A stretch of 20,000 bases of DNA from Catajapyx aquilonaris. Lineage: Eukaryota. The DNA lies in NCBI GenBank assembly GCA_000934665.2, contig JYFJ02001494.1, positions 58,244-78,243 of the forward strand, written 5' to 3'. The position numbers and the translations under genes are program-made. The first letter of the stretch is position 1. Each line of letters begins with the position of its first letter. Below, piece by piece: positions 1-11,169 of this stretch. The notes beneath the pieces were generated by a model, which was given only the letters and a program-made list of their open reading frames with translations, searched no databases and was not told where the DNA came from.

Positions 1-312
1 ACAGTGCACGTTATGGAAGAATCCCATATTATCCATTACCGGTACTCTAAAAATTACTCCCCACGCCATAAATGACGTCGCCTAACCCCCCGCCTATAAG
101 CTAGATTTGATGAGAAAAGCCCGTCGTTAGTGTGCGTGACATTATGTTAATCGCAATGTGTGGCTTCATTACATGGTGGGACGTGTGGTGCTAAAGGGAT
201 GCTTGTCATTTCCAAGAACACCGCTTTACGATCCTTGACCGAGCCAACCACACTGGTCAAATGTTTTGTGATAAAATTACGGTTATTACAGTTAATAACA
301 ACAACAACTATA

Positions 313-336
313 CAACAACAACAACAACAACAACAA
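313..336. repeat. (CAA)8 microsatellite within an imperfect tract 297-336
   Basis: Read directly. Confidence 0.95.
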
Positions 337-1297
337 TAGTTAACTTGATGTCGTCCTCGTGAGTGAGATTCGAATAAAGGAAATATTTCAGATACCGGTA
401 TTTTAAATAAATATGCGGAATCCTTGCCAGCCAAAATGTTGACTCGCATTGGCATAATCTTCCAAACATTATACACTGATATTATTGTGACTTGCAGATA
501 TCTCAGTTCAGAAATCGACATTCTATTTTCCATACTTTCCTCCAAGCAAATTTCACGTATAGTTATTGATAAATAAACCACAGTCATCAATTTACGCTAT
601 AATTGATCCACCGACGGATATTATTTTACACCAGACAAATATTATGCACATGGTGTAATAATATGAACCTTTTATGTTACACTATGTACAGTATATATTA
701 TTCTGTTTGAATGATTATTTTCTTAGCCCTCCCAGATCTTATCTTTACGAAGGTGTGGGATCTTTCTACCCCAAGATATTTTATTTCAAAGCATTGGCTA
801 TTTGGCCGTGAAATTTTCAAAGTAACTTTGCCAAAACTATACATGATCAAAATAAATAAAGGCATATTTGACACAAACAACATCCCGATCGGAGCCGTGG
901 ACATCTGATGCAAAGTGGTACCGTATAGCTAAATGTCTGCACCTCCCTACTGTGGTTTTGTTGTCTTTGGGAAAGTTTAATTTTACAAAAAAAAAATGTT
1001 GCAGCCAAGCGCTTTTTGAGCTGCACTCATTCATTTACTTTTTCCCGCTCGCTCCTTAAGATGTCGCCTTTAATTTTGGTCCCTTATTTGACAATGTAAT
1101 TATGAGAACGGAATAATCTGAATGACGACAGGGTTATAAGAAATCCCGAGTTGCATGTTGTTTCTCTCTCTCCCCCTATTCTTATGCAATAAGTCATATA
1201 ATTTTTGTTCTCTTGTAAGTCTCGTCCCTCTAATAGGATTATAGTCTGCTAATGACACCACAATATATTGCTTGATATTGAATGTATAAATGGCCAG

Positions 1298-1471
1298 CCT
1301 TCCGCCCTGCTGGGCTTCCCGACCACCCTGATGTGGACCGTGACTGACCCTAACGCGGACAAGTACGACTACAGCTCGGTGGAGTCCATCATGACCGGGG
1401 GCGCCCCCATTTCCGTCGCCCAGCAGGAGAAGCTGAAGGAAGTACTTCCCAACCTGCAGGTCATTCACAAG
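1298..1471 (+). CDS. Exon: [10 protein letters not shown]...[17 protein letters not shown]...NLQVIHK (58 codons, phase 0/0)
   Basis: Acceptor ggccag at 1292-1297, donor GTTCGT at 1472. KYDxSS and GGAP motifs present. Confidence 0.9.
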
Positions 1472-4174
1472 GTTCGTGTTTTAAATAACTTTTAATGCAG
1501 CTGGATAGAGGGCAAAATAATATATTACAGCATGATGTGAGCTTGGTGGGGAATGGAGCTGACTTCGGCTGACTTTGTTCAAATCATCTCGAGAAATCTT
1601 TGTATATACACTGTCACCCGCGGCATTAATATTATTTTTAAATCCGATCTAGATGTACGGGATGACCGAATGTCTCATCGCCACCGCTACCTTCGATCCG
1701 TTGTCCGTGACGTCGGAGGACCAGGAAGTACCCCTGCACAAAGGTATGCATTACCTTGATCTGCAGCTGTGCCATGGCCCTATTTTCGAAAATTTAGGCA
1801 AGGGAGACCTTATTCCCGCACGGGAAACGAGAGTTATTGACTCCCCATCAGATCTACTGGCATATTCAAGAAAAACATTTAGCCCTACTGTAGTTCTCCG
1901 TAAGTCCTCTTATATAGGTTGATTCGAACATAAAGCAAAAGTTCCCCTGCACTTCTGAACTAAAAACAGCTTCTCCTCTTCATAATAACCGTCTCTCTAG
2001 TCCTGCATGGATGACAACTCTGACAAAAATACAGGAATACTCCTATAGAATACAAACATTCCAAGTGGAGCATTCCGACGCGACGATTCGAACCCTTCAC
2101 ACTAATCATTATTTCCTTGGGCATAAACTCAAGAGTTCTTGTCACAATGTCTTTTTGTTGAAACTCTCGACAGTGACTCGATCACTCATCGTTAACTCCT
2201 TACAGGTACACCCGACAACAGCGTTGGAAAGCTTGTTCCCAACATGAAAATCAAGGTAACATGAGTTATGCAGAAAGCTGTTGACAGACATCCGCTTAGA
2301 AGATCATAATTATTATAACCACCAAAATTATTGGTGATTTCAGATCGTGGATTCGGAGACCCAGAAGGTGTTGGGGCCGGACACCCCTGGCGAGATATGG
2401 ATGTCAGGACCGTCACTCATGAAGGAGTATTTTAAGAAGCCAGAGGTACGCAGATTTGGTCCCCTGTATACCTAATCAGGCAATCATGGTCGCGTCACCG
2501 GCACACACAAATGGATTGAAATATTATCTGCTATAGTGCCATTGTTCTTATTTGATATACACCTCGGGAGAGGAAACACGTTACTAAGTTGGTGTTGGCA
2601 GTTCCCCGGCACACAAAAATGCGAGATGACGATTATACATGTATTGCCATTATTATTGTCCGCACCATCAAAAACACCAATTACTCCACACAACTACTGT
2701 AATACACAATAACTACTACACTACCACATTTGCATTATTATTGGATTATTGGTAGACTGATTTACGATATTTTTCATGTGAGAACTATAGCCATGTGAGA
2801 TGAAAAGTTCACCGATCGGACTTTCATTATTATTTTTTGAAATGAAATGAAGAATTTAGCCCATTCATTATTTTGGTGCATAATTATGTGCCTTTATAGC
2901 AAGGAGCTGCAAATTGAAATCAAACCTGATTTTGACATCGACTTTCTACGTCAGTTGCCCAGCAGATGCTTCAGCTTACAAATAAGCTTACTACAAGTAA
3001 ATATAATGTAAACGTTGTTTCTGATGGTACAGTGAATGTACTGTATTTATTATATGTCAATATGTCGTACAGTGTCAGCCTGGAACCCCAGAAGCAATTA
3101 CATTAATCATAGGCCTACTGCATAAAAGGTCAGTGACATGCGGATCATTGCAGGCGACTGCCGAAACCATTCGAGACGGATGGATCAAGTCCGGAGACTA
3201 CGGGTATTACGACAAGGACGGGTTCCTGTATGTGACTGATCGCATGAAGGACACCTTCAAGTATTGGAACTACCACGTAAGTTGCATTGCCCGTGCCGGA
3301 AACGATTTCGTCCAGATAGGCCATTGTCGGGGTCAGACGTCAAGACGTACAAGGAGTACTACAGTGTCATGGGAAGAAGGGTGCTGGTGCTGGGGGAACT
3401 ATACTCGGATTGTGTGGGCTTTTATTTAAACAAAAACAAACATTGGCGCACTATATGATTTATGGAAAGTTTCATTTAAAAGTAGGCATATAATTTTAAA
3501 AGAACAAGCAAGGTCGTTTGAGTGGCGAATGTAGAGTACACCAGAATACTTCAAACCTTGTCACTGACCACAATAATTAAATTACTCGCATGACGAGGCT
3601 GCTGAAGCCAAATGACTCCACGCGACATAAAGTAGTATAGTCCTCTGTTATACCCATGACCTCACTGAGAAGTTTGAATAATAATCGTGCTGCAACAGTC
3701 CCCTCTGAATGTGTTGCGACCACTTGACAACTTTATGGATTGATTCGACGCAGATATCACCCGTGGAGTTGGAGGAGGTGATTACGAAACACGAGAATGT
3801 CACCGAGGCCTGCGTCGTGGGCATCCCCGATCCGGAAGGAGGAGACACCATACCCAGGGCATACGTCGTCAGGAAGAATCCCAACCTCACCGAGGACTCT
3901 CTCAAGGAATACGTGCGCGGTGCGTTAACCCACTTGGGCAGTGCTTGGCTCGCACTTTTATACCCCCAACTGCATGCTATACATGAACACAGTTAATAAT
4001 TCTTATACATTTGCATTCTCTTCCTCATCCGTCTTTATAACTTCAGCTCGTGTGGCCACGTACAAGCAGCTTCGCGGAGGAGTGTCTTTCCTGGAGGAAC
4101 TGCCGAAATCCCAGGCGGGGAAAGTGTCCCGCCAGCAGCTGCTGCTCAAGATCAAGGAAGGAATCATTATTTAG
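1298..4174 (+). CDS. 5'-partial multi-exon gene: luciferase-like / 4CL-like acyl-CoA synthetase (ANL adenylate-forming superfamily). join(1298..1471,1653..1743,2206..2255,2344..2445,3154..3276,3754..3919,4047..4174)
   Basis: Seven exons bounded by AG/GT splice in frame. The protein has [52 protein letters not shown] and [16 protein letters not shown], the C-terminal motif series of firefly-luciferase/4CL-type enzymes. Exons are visibly GC-richer than introns. Confidence 0.95.
1653..1743 (+). CDS. Exon: [14 protein letters not shown]...VPLHK+G (phase 0/1)
   Basis: Acceptor tctag, donor GTATGC at 1744. Carries the YGxTE adenylation motif. Confidence 0.92.
2206..2255 (+). CDS. Exon: (G)[16 protein letters not shown] (50 nt, phase 1/0); this reading frame is not in the ORF track
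   Basis: Acceptor ccttacag, donor GTAACA at 2256. SVGKxVP motif; phases match both neighbours. Confidence 0.9.
2344..2445 (+). CDS. Exon: [34 protein letters not shown] (phase 0/0); not in the ORF track
   Basis: Acceptor tttcag, donor GTACGC at 2446. Matches the IVD..T...LGP...GEI...GP..MKxY..PE segment of the family. Confidence 0.93.
3154..3276 (+). CDS. Exon: [41 protein letters not shown] (phase 0/0)
   Basis: Acceptor ttgcag, donor GTAAGT at 3277. SGD (A7) and DRxK (A8) motifs. Confidence 0.95.
3754..3919 (+). CDS. Exon: [30 protein letters not shown]...KEYVR (phase 0/1)
   Basis: Acceptor acgcag, donor GTGCGT at 3920. PxELE and VVGIPD motifs. Confidence 0.94.
4047..4174 (+). CDS. Terminal exon: (A)[41 protein letters not shown]
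   Basis: Polypyrimidine tract plus cttcag acceptor. LRGGV and the A10 lysine motif PKxxxGK; TAG at 4172-4174. Confidence 0.94.
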
Positions 4175-4440
4175 CTAATAATGTATAGGGGGCATCGATT
4201 TATTCAGGCCTTGCAACTTGGCTTCCATCAACTGTGCACTTATCCAACCAGTACTACTAAGTGTAAACACAAAGGAGCAGACCTATATGTACAGAGCCCG
4301 CCAAGCACCACCCCTGGTATAGCCTATACGGGGCAATATGTTTCAGATAGTTACTCCCAGACTTTCTATATGAAGGGGTCGCAGGAGACACATCTTCAAA
4401 ATAACAAAATTAGTAGATTAGCCGCTTGTTAAAATTTGCC

Positions 4441-4446
4441 AATAAA
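4441..4446 (+). promoter_or_regulatory. Candidate polyadenylation signal AATAAA of the acyl-CoA synthetase gene
   Basis: First AATAAA seen downstream of the stop, about 270 nt after it. Confidence 0.55.
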
Positions 4447-4531
4447 CTTGTTGACGAGAATGGCCAAATCTTTTTCCCCACTAACCAAACCTGTATGCAC
4501 TATCGCTGGATGCTCAACAAGGTAATATCAG

Positions 4532-4794
<263 letters not shown>

Positions 4795-4841
4795 TTCGAG
4801 CCAAACCCGCCATAACCCGAACTAATGAACTTCAATGGCCA

Positions 4842-4993
4842 AGGGGGTAACCACTTCGGTACTCCAGTGTAGCACACCTACACTGGTACTCTCAGGTACT
4901 CCCAAGCACTCCCTGGTAGTCCTTGGTACTCCCTGGCACTCCTTGAATTTGGTACTCCAGTGTACACTTTATACAGTGGAGTGGTTACCCCCT
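4842..4993. mobile_element. Short MITE-like inverted-repeat element, 14-bp TIR AGGGGGTAACCACT, internal ~10-11-bp GGTACTCC-type tandem units
   Basis: AGGGGGTAACCACT (4842-4855) and AGTGGTTACCCCCT (4980-4993). A related copy lies at 13652-13787 in the opposite orientation. No clear TSD. Confidence 0.65.
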
Positions 4994-6918
4994 GCTGGCC
5001 AATACAGCGCTTGACGACAGCCTTTTAAAGCGAATTTCGTGAAGAGGTTCTGCTCTGTACACATGCGTAGTTCCAAGACCCCATCTGCCTGGTTGACTAT
5101 TTGGCTACAAGCACTTGTCCTCAAACATCTCCTAATGAAGCAAAGTATAGTCTGTAGAAGCAGCTGCTATATAAGAGGAAAAGTTAGCAATGAAGCAGCA
5201 GTCCTTATGATATATGACACTGCAATTATTTGCAAAGCAAGTAACGCTTTGAAACAGCCCCAAATGGAAATGGCTGAAAATGAGCTGGCACTGTCTACAT
5301 AATCTGCAATATTGAAAACGTTCCGACAGAGTTATGCGCCTTTAGTGGCACACACTCTTTCTCACATTACAACAACTGTCCCTTTCCACTGGATTTCATC
5401 GATGGGGTTAGAAACTGTCCGTATAGCAACCGTAGCAGAAGGCAGATCGGGGTTAGCATTCCACCAGCCACGAAATAAATCAGTGCATTACTTTGTTGGC
5501 TGAATAAAGAACATCTTCCGAATAATCATACCCATTGGCTACTGCGACATCAATTATTCAAATTAAGACTGTTAACCGTATTATGATAATATTATGGAGT
5601 CTCCCGTGTCACGACCAGTATTATTATAATACTGCACTAATAAGTTTGCCTAACTTTGAGCAGGTTATCAAGTATATGTGCCTGATGGTAGAAAAATACC
5701 CAGCAGGTTGTAGAATTTAGTTGTATGGAAGTGGAGACCCTTCCTTCCCAAGTGAGGTGGGCCGAGCCTGACGGATGTTAAACCAGTTACAATTATTAGA
5801 GAGATTATTATTAGCGAGGTGCTCTATATACACAGCTATTACAGAACCGCACACTGCCGTAACGTGTACCCGTCTTGTCAAGGAAGGGGGGGAAAATATG
5901 ACGTGGGTCAGGGAACCAGAAATGGGAACCTATTGTGTAAACAAAAAAAGGTTCTTTAATAAGGGAAACCACACATCGAGGTAATAAGAGTCACAGTGAG
6001 TGCACATTTTAAAGGCACTGTCTTTCAACATGGACTGGAGCATGCATTTGGTCCATTATGCTCCTGCACGGTCTTTGAAGTAACCAATTGAGTTTGAGTG
6101 TGGATTGGAAGGAGGCGAATAAGCAACTATTATGCCACTATGGCTATCTGGTTAATAGACATCAACGGGACAGATGGATATCGAGAGTATAGAGGAGAGG
6201 TATAAAATCCCTTGATTTGTATTGATGTTTATTGTTATTGTTGTTGTTGTTGATGTTGTTATTAAGTTTCAATCCCAAGGCCTGGCTGTCTGGGCAGTGC
6301 ACGGCCCCTGTTGGAATAGTACCCAATGGACATCATGTGGATGCGGGGCAGAGGAATTAAGAGCAATAATAATTACAGCGAGTCAGCATGAGGTCGCCTG
6401 CAGCTGCATGTGGGAGACGGAGGACCACGGGAAATCTCCACCTTTCCCCATAATATCGTCAGCCTACAACAGACTATACTAAACGCTCTCTATCTCTATC
6501 AGACATTCAGACATATATATTTCAGCCATGCCAGACTATACTACGTTTTTCACATATTTATCACTCCCTCCCTCTGTCATTTATATTTTCTCTCGTTTTT
6601 TCCCAGTTTATTATGGTTTAATTAAAATACGATTAAATTACGCAATCACTCAATATCAAAATATACACAAAGGCACGAAACATACACCAGACACTATTCA
6701 CGAGCAGTTTCCCCTATATTTGCGAAATTTTCCACCATTTATGTACACAGACATGCAGGTTAACCGATAAGTCGTCAACTACTTATACGAGAAGCAGGCT
6801 ATAGTTAGATACAACTTCAAGGTTTACAATCATGCAAAGAAAGCATTGAACAGCACTTTGCTGCCGAATGTGCTTGCAATAATATTATATTTTAAGAGAA
6901 ACGTTTCTCAGGATGGAG

Positions 6919-6955
6919 AGAGCTGCATATTACAAGAGCTGCATATTACAAGAGC
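6919..6955. repeat. Perfect 16-bp tandem duplication AGAGCTGCATATTACA x2 (+AGAGC)
   Basis: 6919-6934 is identical to 6935-6950. Confidence 0.9.
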
Positions 6956-7279
6956 CTCAAGTCCTGCTTGCGACACATATCAGTTAACAGAAAACCATAC
7001 ACCTTTCGTATCATGAAAATAATATCTGCTCTAATTTCATGAGATTAGTATGTTGCCAGTGTATAGTCGCTCATAAGATGAGACTGTCCGTCACATATGA
7101 AGTTTTTGTTGCAGGAGACGACAAGCCGCAGGAAATTTTTATTATTTTTGTTATGCGTGTGACCAGGTTGTTATATCCGGATTCAGCTGTACCAAATTCG
7201 AGCGGAATTAGCCGAGAACTCAAAGAACTTGGAACTTGGAACACACTGTATACTGTATAGGCAATATATAGGCAATGTA

Positions 7280-7381
7280 CAGGGTGACTCTATAAAGAGT
7301 CAAGATACAATCATAAGGAATTGTATTGCATTGCACAATACAATCCAATTACCTATGTATTCTGACTTTAGAGTCACCCTG
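7280..7381. mobile_element. 102-bp mini-MITE, Tc1/mariner-type (TA-flanked, CAGGGTG termini)
   Basis: TA|CAGGGTGACTCTA...TAGAGTCACCCTG|TA, with imperfect fold-back continuing to the centre (ATTGTATTG/CAATACAAT). Confidence 0.75.
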
Positions 7382-7619
7382 TACATATAGACGCAAGACA
7401 TAAATGCACCAGCGCTTTCGTCGTTCGTTTAATCACCAAATAATGTGTGATCAAGATTATTAGCTGCCTACATATCGAAAATGTGGGAGGGTTCCTATGT
7501 ATGCCAGATTTAAGCAATCTTCTGACAGCAATATTGTCGTTCGAAAACTATTAGTGCCCGGCAGAGATATTACTTAAATAATGCAGCGAAACTGCGTGTA
7601 TGAGTGCACTGCATTTCCG

Positions 7620-7620
<1 letters not shown>

Positions 7621-7701
<81 letters not shown>
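7621..7701. repeat. (TTA)27 microsatellite
   Basis: Read directly. Confidence 0.98.
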
Positions 7702-7702
<1 letters not shown>

Positions 7703-8607
7703 CCCGCGTTTCTGTGTTAATGGATGCACATGTGCACTGGGATAATACTAAAACACAGATAATTCGACCCAAATTATTCTATACTCTCTGAAATATTTTG
7801 AGTGAAAAAACGGCTCAAGAATTGAGCCACATTTTTTTTTACTCGACTTGAGTGATTTACGCATAAAGTGAGTATACTACACACTCAAATACTCATTCCA
7901 TTTCAGTTTTTAAATCACCAGATAGCGACGTAGCCTGCGACATAATTACAGCCTATTTATTATAATATGTACATTATCTTAGAATATGGTGGACCAACAC
8001 GGTAATTGGTCGTAAATACAAGGAATATGCCTTGAATACTTATTACCATCCATATCATGATCCATATACGTTATTACAGACAACACCTAGAAGTCATGGG
8101 ATCGGTATTGTCAAAGTTGATATTTCGAATTATATACCCGTGTATGCTACAAAAAGCATTACTTGGAGGTCCTATACCTATACATGGGCTCACCAAGGAC
8201 CAGATCGATCGAGAGCGTGATGAAAACTATATAGGGTCGAACGAGAATATACGGACAGGGGACGTACGTATATAGTATACGCGTATATGTGCCATACAGG
8301 CGAAACTGACCATACATGAATCGACCCAGCATCAACGGGCAGCGTGTTGCGGAGTGTGTACGATAAATAACAGCAGCGTGCAAGCTGTCTGGACTGGGTC
8401 GGCAGGAATATTTTATAATTATTTCCTCCAACATATGCGGATTTCAAAACACTGAGATCGGCTATTGAAGGAGGACATGATTGGGTATAATGGCATTTGA
8501 GTCATTTCCACGGCCAGCCATAATCTGGTTGTCCAGAATATATTACCAGGCTAGAAACGTAAATTAATACATTAGCATAATCACAGAATAATCAGAGCAC
8601 ATTCCTC

Positions 8608-8695
8608 CGACAATCGAATGCTCGCCTGGAAAAACGTTGCAAGCGCCAATACCATGTGACATGCAACGTTTTTCCGGGCGAGCATTCTATCGTCG
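8608..8695. repeat. Inverted repeat: 34-bp arms (3 mismatches), 20-nt loop
   Basis: CGACAATCGAATGCTCGCCTGGAAAAACGTTGCA (8608-8641) against TGCAACGTTTTTCCGGGCGAGCATTCTATCGTCG (8662-8695). Confidence 0.9.
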
Positions 8696-11169
8696 ACGAA
8701 ATGTATATTTTACTATATCAACTGTTCCTAGATGAATGACTAACTTGTATGGATGACGAGAGGAAAGTCATTATTGTGACCAACATCCCATACGATATCC
8801 AGATCTTCATTTCACACGTTCAAAATACGCATGTATGATACCACACTAGCACCAATATAATTGAAGAGAATGAAGTCAGATAAGTTCCGCCTGCATGTTT
8901 CTCCGACTTACCCATGATTTCAACCATTTTCATACCGACGTTCGTGACGTATGCCGCATCACTTGATTAGAATAGCCTAGAGCTATATGCCATCAGCAGC
9001 ACGAAGGAGTCGCTTCTAAATCTGCCACCAGGACCTTCAGACCCTTTGTTTATAGTTATTATTGCCCAGACGAAGATATATATGCATGCCATTGACGAGT
9101 ATAGGACTACGCGACGGTTCCTGACTGTAAAGTGAATATTGGCACACGAAGGAAGATCCGCAGGTACAATGATTGCAGCATATTGCGCATACAGCCTTAC
9201 TGTCCAAGTGCCAACAAAGCGCCACCCGCTATATTGACATTACAGTGCATATTAGCGAAACTTTTGACTTCACCTATACTTCACTAACATCACTGTTACA
9301 CGATGATGTGGTAGGTAGGTGGACTATTTTCTAATCCACGACGTAAATATTATTTTCATCGAACAATATACTCAGAGTTCATATTATAATCATTCACACA
9401 TAATGACCAAGCGGGACAAGTGCAGTGAGAAAAGTCACACAATGATAGCTTCTTTTTATATCAGCAGGGAGCAGGCCACAGGCAGTTGGGATAAATATGA
9501 TGGCAGAAGAGACTTGTATTGAGAAAATGCCCGATAGTTACGTATAATGGTGCTGTGGCCAACCATGACCAAAAGCTCTCTATATGTCTGTATGCGGCAG
9601 TGTGATGACCTGATATGGAACGAGCAGAACTAATACTGTGCGATATAACGATCATTAGTTCAGTAATGAAATTGACCAGCTCTAGATTAAAATAACTATA
9701 GACGCAGGCCAAGCTTCAATAAATACTCTCTTCTTCCGGAAAAGCAATAACTTGGAGATTCTATTAAAATGACGGCCTGCTCCAACTCAAGGTAACGTAT
9801 AGCCTAAACATGTTCTAACCACGATTGAACTAACATTGACTGCTTATTTAAATGTCGCCCAGAAACGCATAGCATAGGCTACAACTATATAGGGCTCGAT
9901 CATTTATCTTGAGTGCTGCGATCCATCTTGAGGAGCTGGAAATGAAATGACTATTTTTTTCTTGAGAAGAATAAAATATTTGCATATAGAGCACCAAAAA
10001 TATATATTCAAATAAGCCTCAAAGAGAGTGCCATACAATATATTAAGATTATGTAGATATTGTTACGAAGCGAATCTATTTTTCCATTTATACACGGAAA
10101 CTGAGGATACGTATATATCGCCGTCGCGTAACCCTCTACAGGAGATATTCATCCAGAAATTATTTCCTGGCCCTGAAACGCCAAACGCGACAGTCAGGTT
10201 TTGTCGGAAATAGGAGTAAATTCTTTGTACTCTACATCAATGATATCTGCTATCTATCTATCTATCTGCCATCAATGATAGCTGCTCATATAGTGAGCAC
10301 GTTAATGCATGTCCACGTACAAGACCAAACATGACGAAGGGAGAGACGCAGCAGAGATATGTCATCGCCGATTCCCAGAACCAACACTCCGTGTTCTGAC
10401 TGTTTGACCACTGTTTCTGTAATGAAGATGCGAGCATGAAGCGACTCGATCATCGCGGCTGATGGAGAGCAGCCTGATGCCAAAAGGACTCTCCGAGAGA
10501 CAACCACGAGACTTCGAACAGGACTGCGACAAGGATCAAGGCTCAATCTCAGCAGGTGTCTCAATGAGACCACCTGATGTTGATGAGAGAGACATCATCA
10601 TCATCATCATTGGTGGTCTGCAGCGGGTATTGAACCTCTTGAATTATATACTCGAAATTCGCAACTTGGAAGCACCCCCAATCAAATACCGAAGTTTTAT
10701 CATCACTTTGGATGGTGCATCCGTGACATGGTAACTTTGAGAAGTTGCTCTCCAAGGTCTCAAGTACTACTTTGTCACGAACTCATGAACCAATACATTA
10801 TTGCTCAAACAGACCGGGAATAATTTGGTGAAGAGGGAACCACGCTATTGTCGTGCCCAAAACGTAGACGATGCATCAATATATTGCTCCTTTTGCACGT
10901 CCAATATCACTCAGAACTCTAATTACAGATGAAGTCGTTCATTCCATTAAACTATACGTCCCAGACAGCAACATTAGTTGTGAGCGTGGACCAGAAACGA
11001 CAGACAGAAAGGAAAATCAATAAAACATGGCGCACACAAACTGAACTTGCAAATTTTTGCCGCGTATATATAATAACTGATTTGTCCAAATATTTCAACA
11101 AGTGAATGCTTCAGATAATACAATGTCACAGTAATGCTGTGCTTTGTGTTGGTGAGGCATTCCATTTCC

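Noticed and set aside
147..590. 147-aa minus-strand ORF with a poly-Cys run
   Set aside because: The poly-Cys comes from the (CAA)n tract. It is AT-rich, has no recognisable domain, and lies in the presumed upstream intron.
1..1297. Search for upstream exons of the synthetase (P-loop SSGTTG, F..IxKYK)
   Set aside because: No matching segment with splice sites was found. The region is treated as intron, so the gene is 5'-partial rather than a pseudogene.
1100..1468. 122-aa minus-strand ORF (also 2192-2416 and 3648-3905)
   Set aside because: Antisense shadows of GC-rich coding exons.
1298..4174. Calling the gene a true luciferase (luc)
   Set aside because: The motifs are shared with the much larger non-luminescent acyl-CoA synthetase family, and activity cannot be inferred from this partial sequence.
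4855..4965. Short repeated GGTACTCC units as a possible CRISPR-like array
   Set aside because: The units are ~10-11-bp tandem repeats without unique spacers, inside a TIR element, in eukaryotic DNA.
5650..5800. Faint SINE-like motifs (TTGAGCAGGT...GTGCCT...ACCCAGCAG; GATGTTAAACC)
   Set aside because: No A/B boxes, TSD or second copy; too degenerate to support without a database.
8235..8327. GGGTCGA...TCGACCC inverted ends
   Set aside because: Only 7 bp, with no TSD or internal symmetry; compatible with chance.
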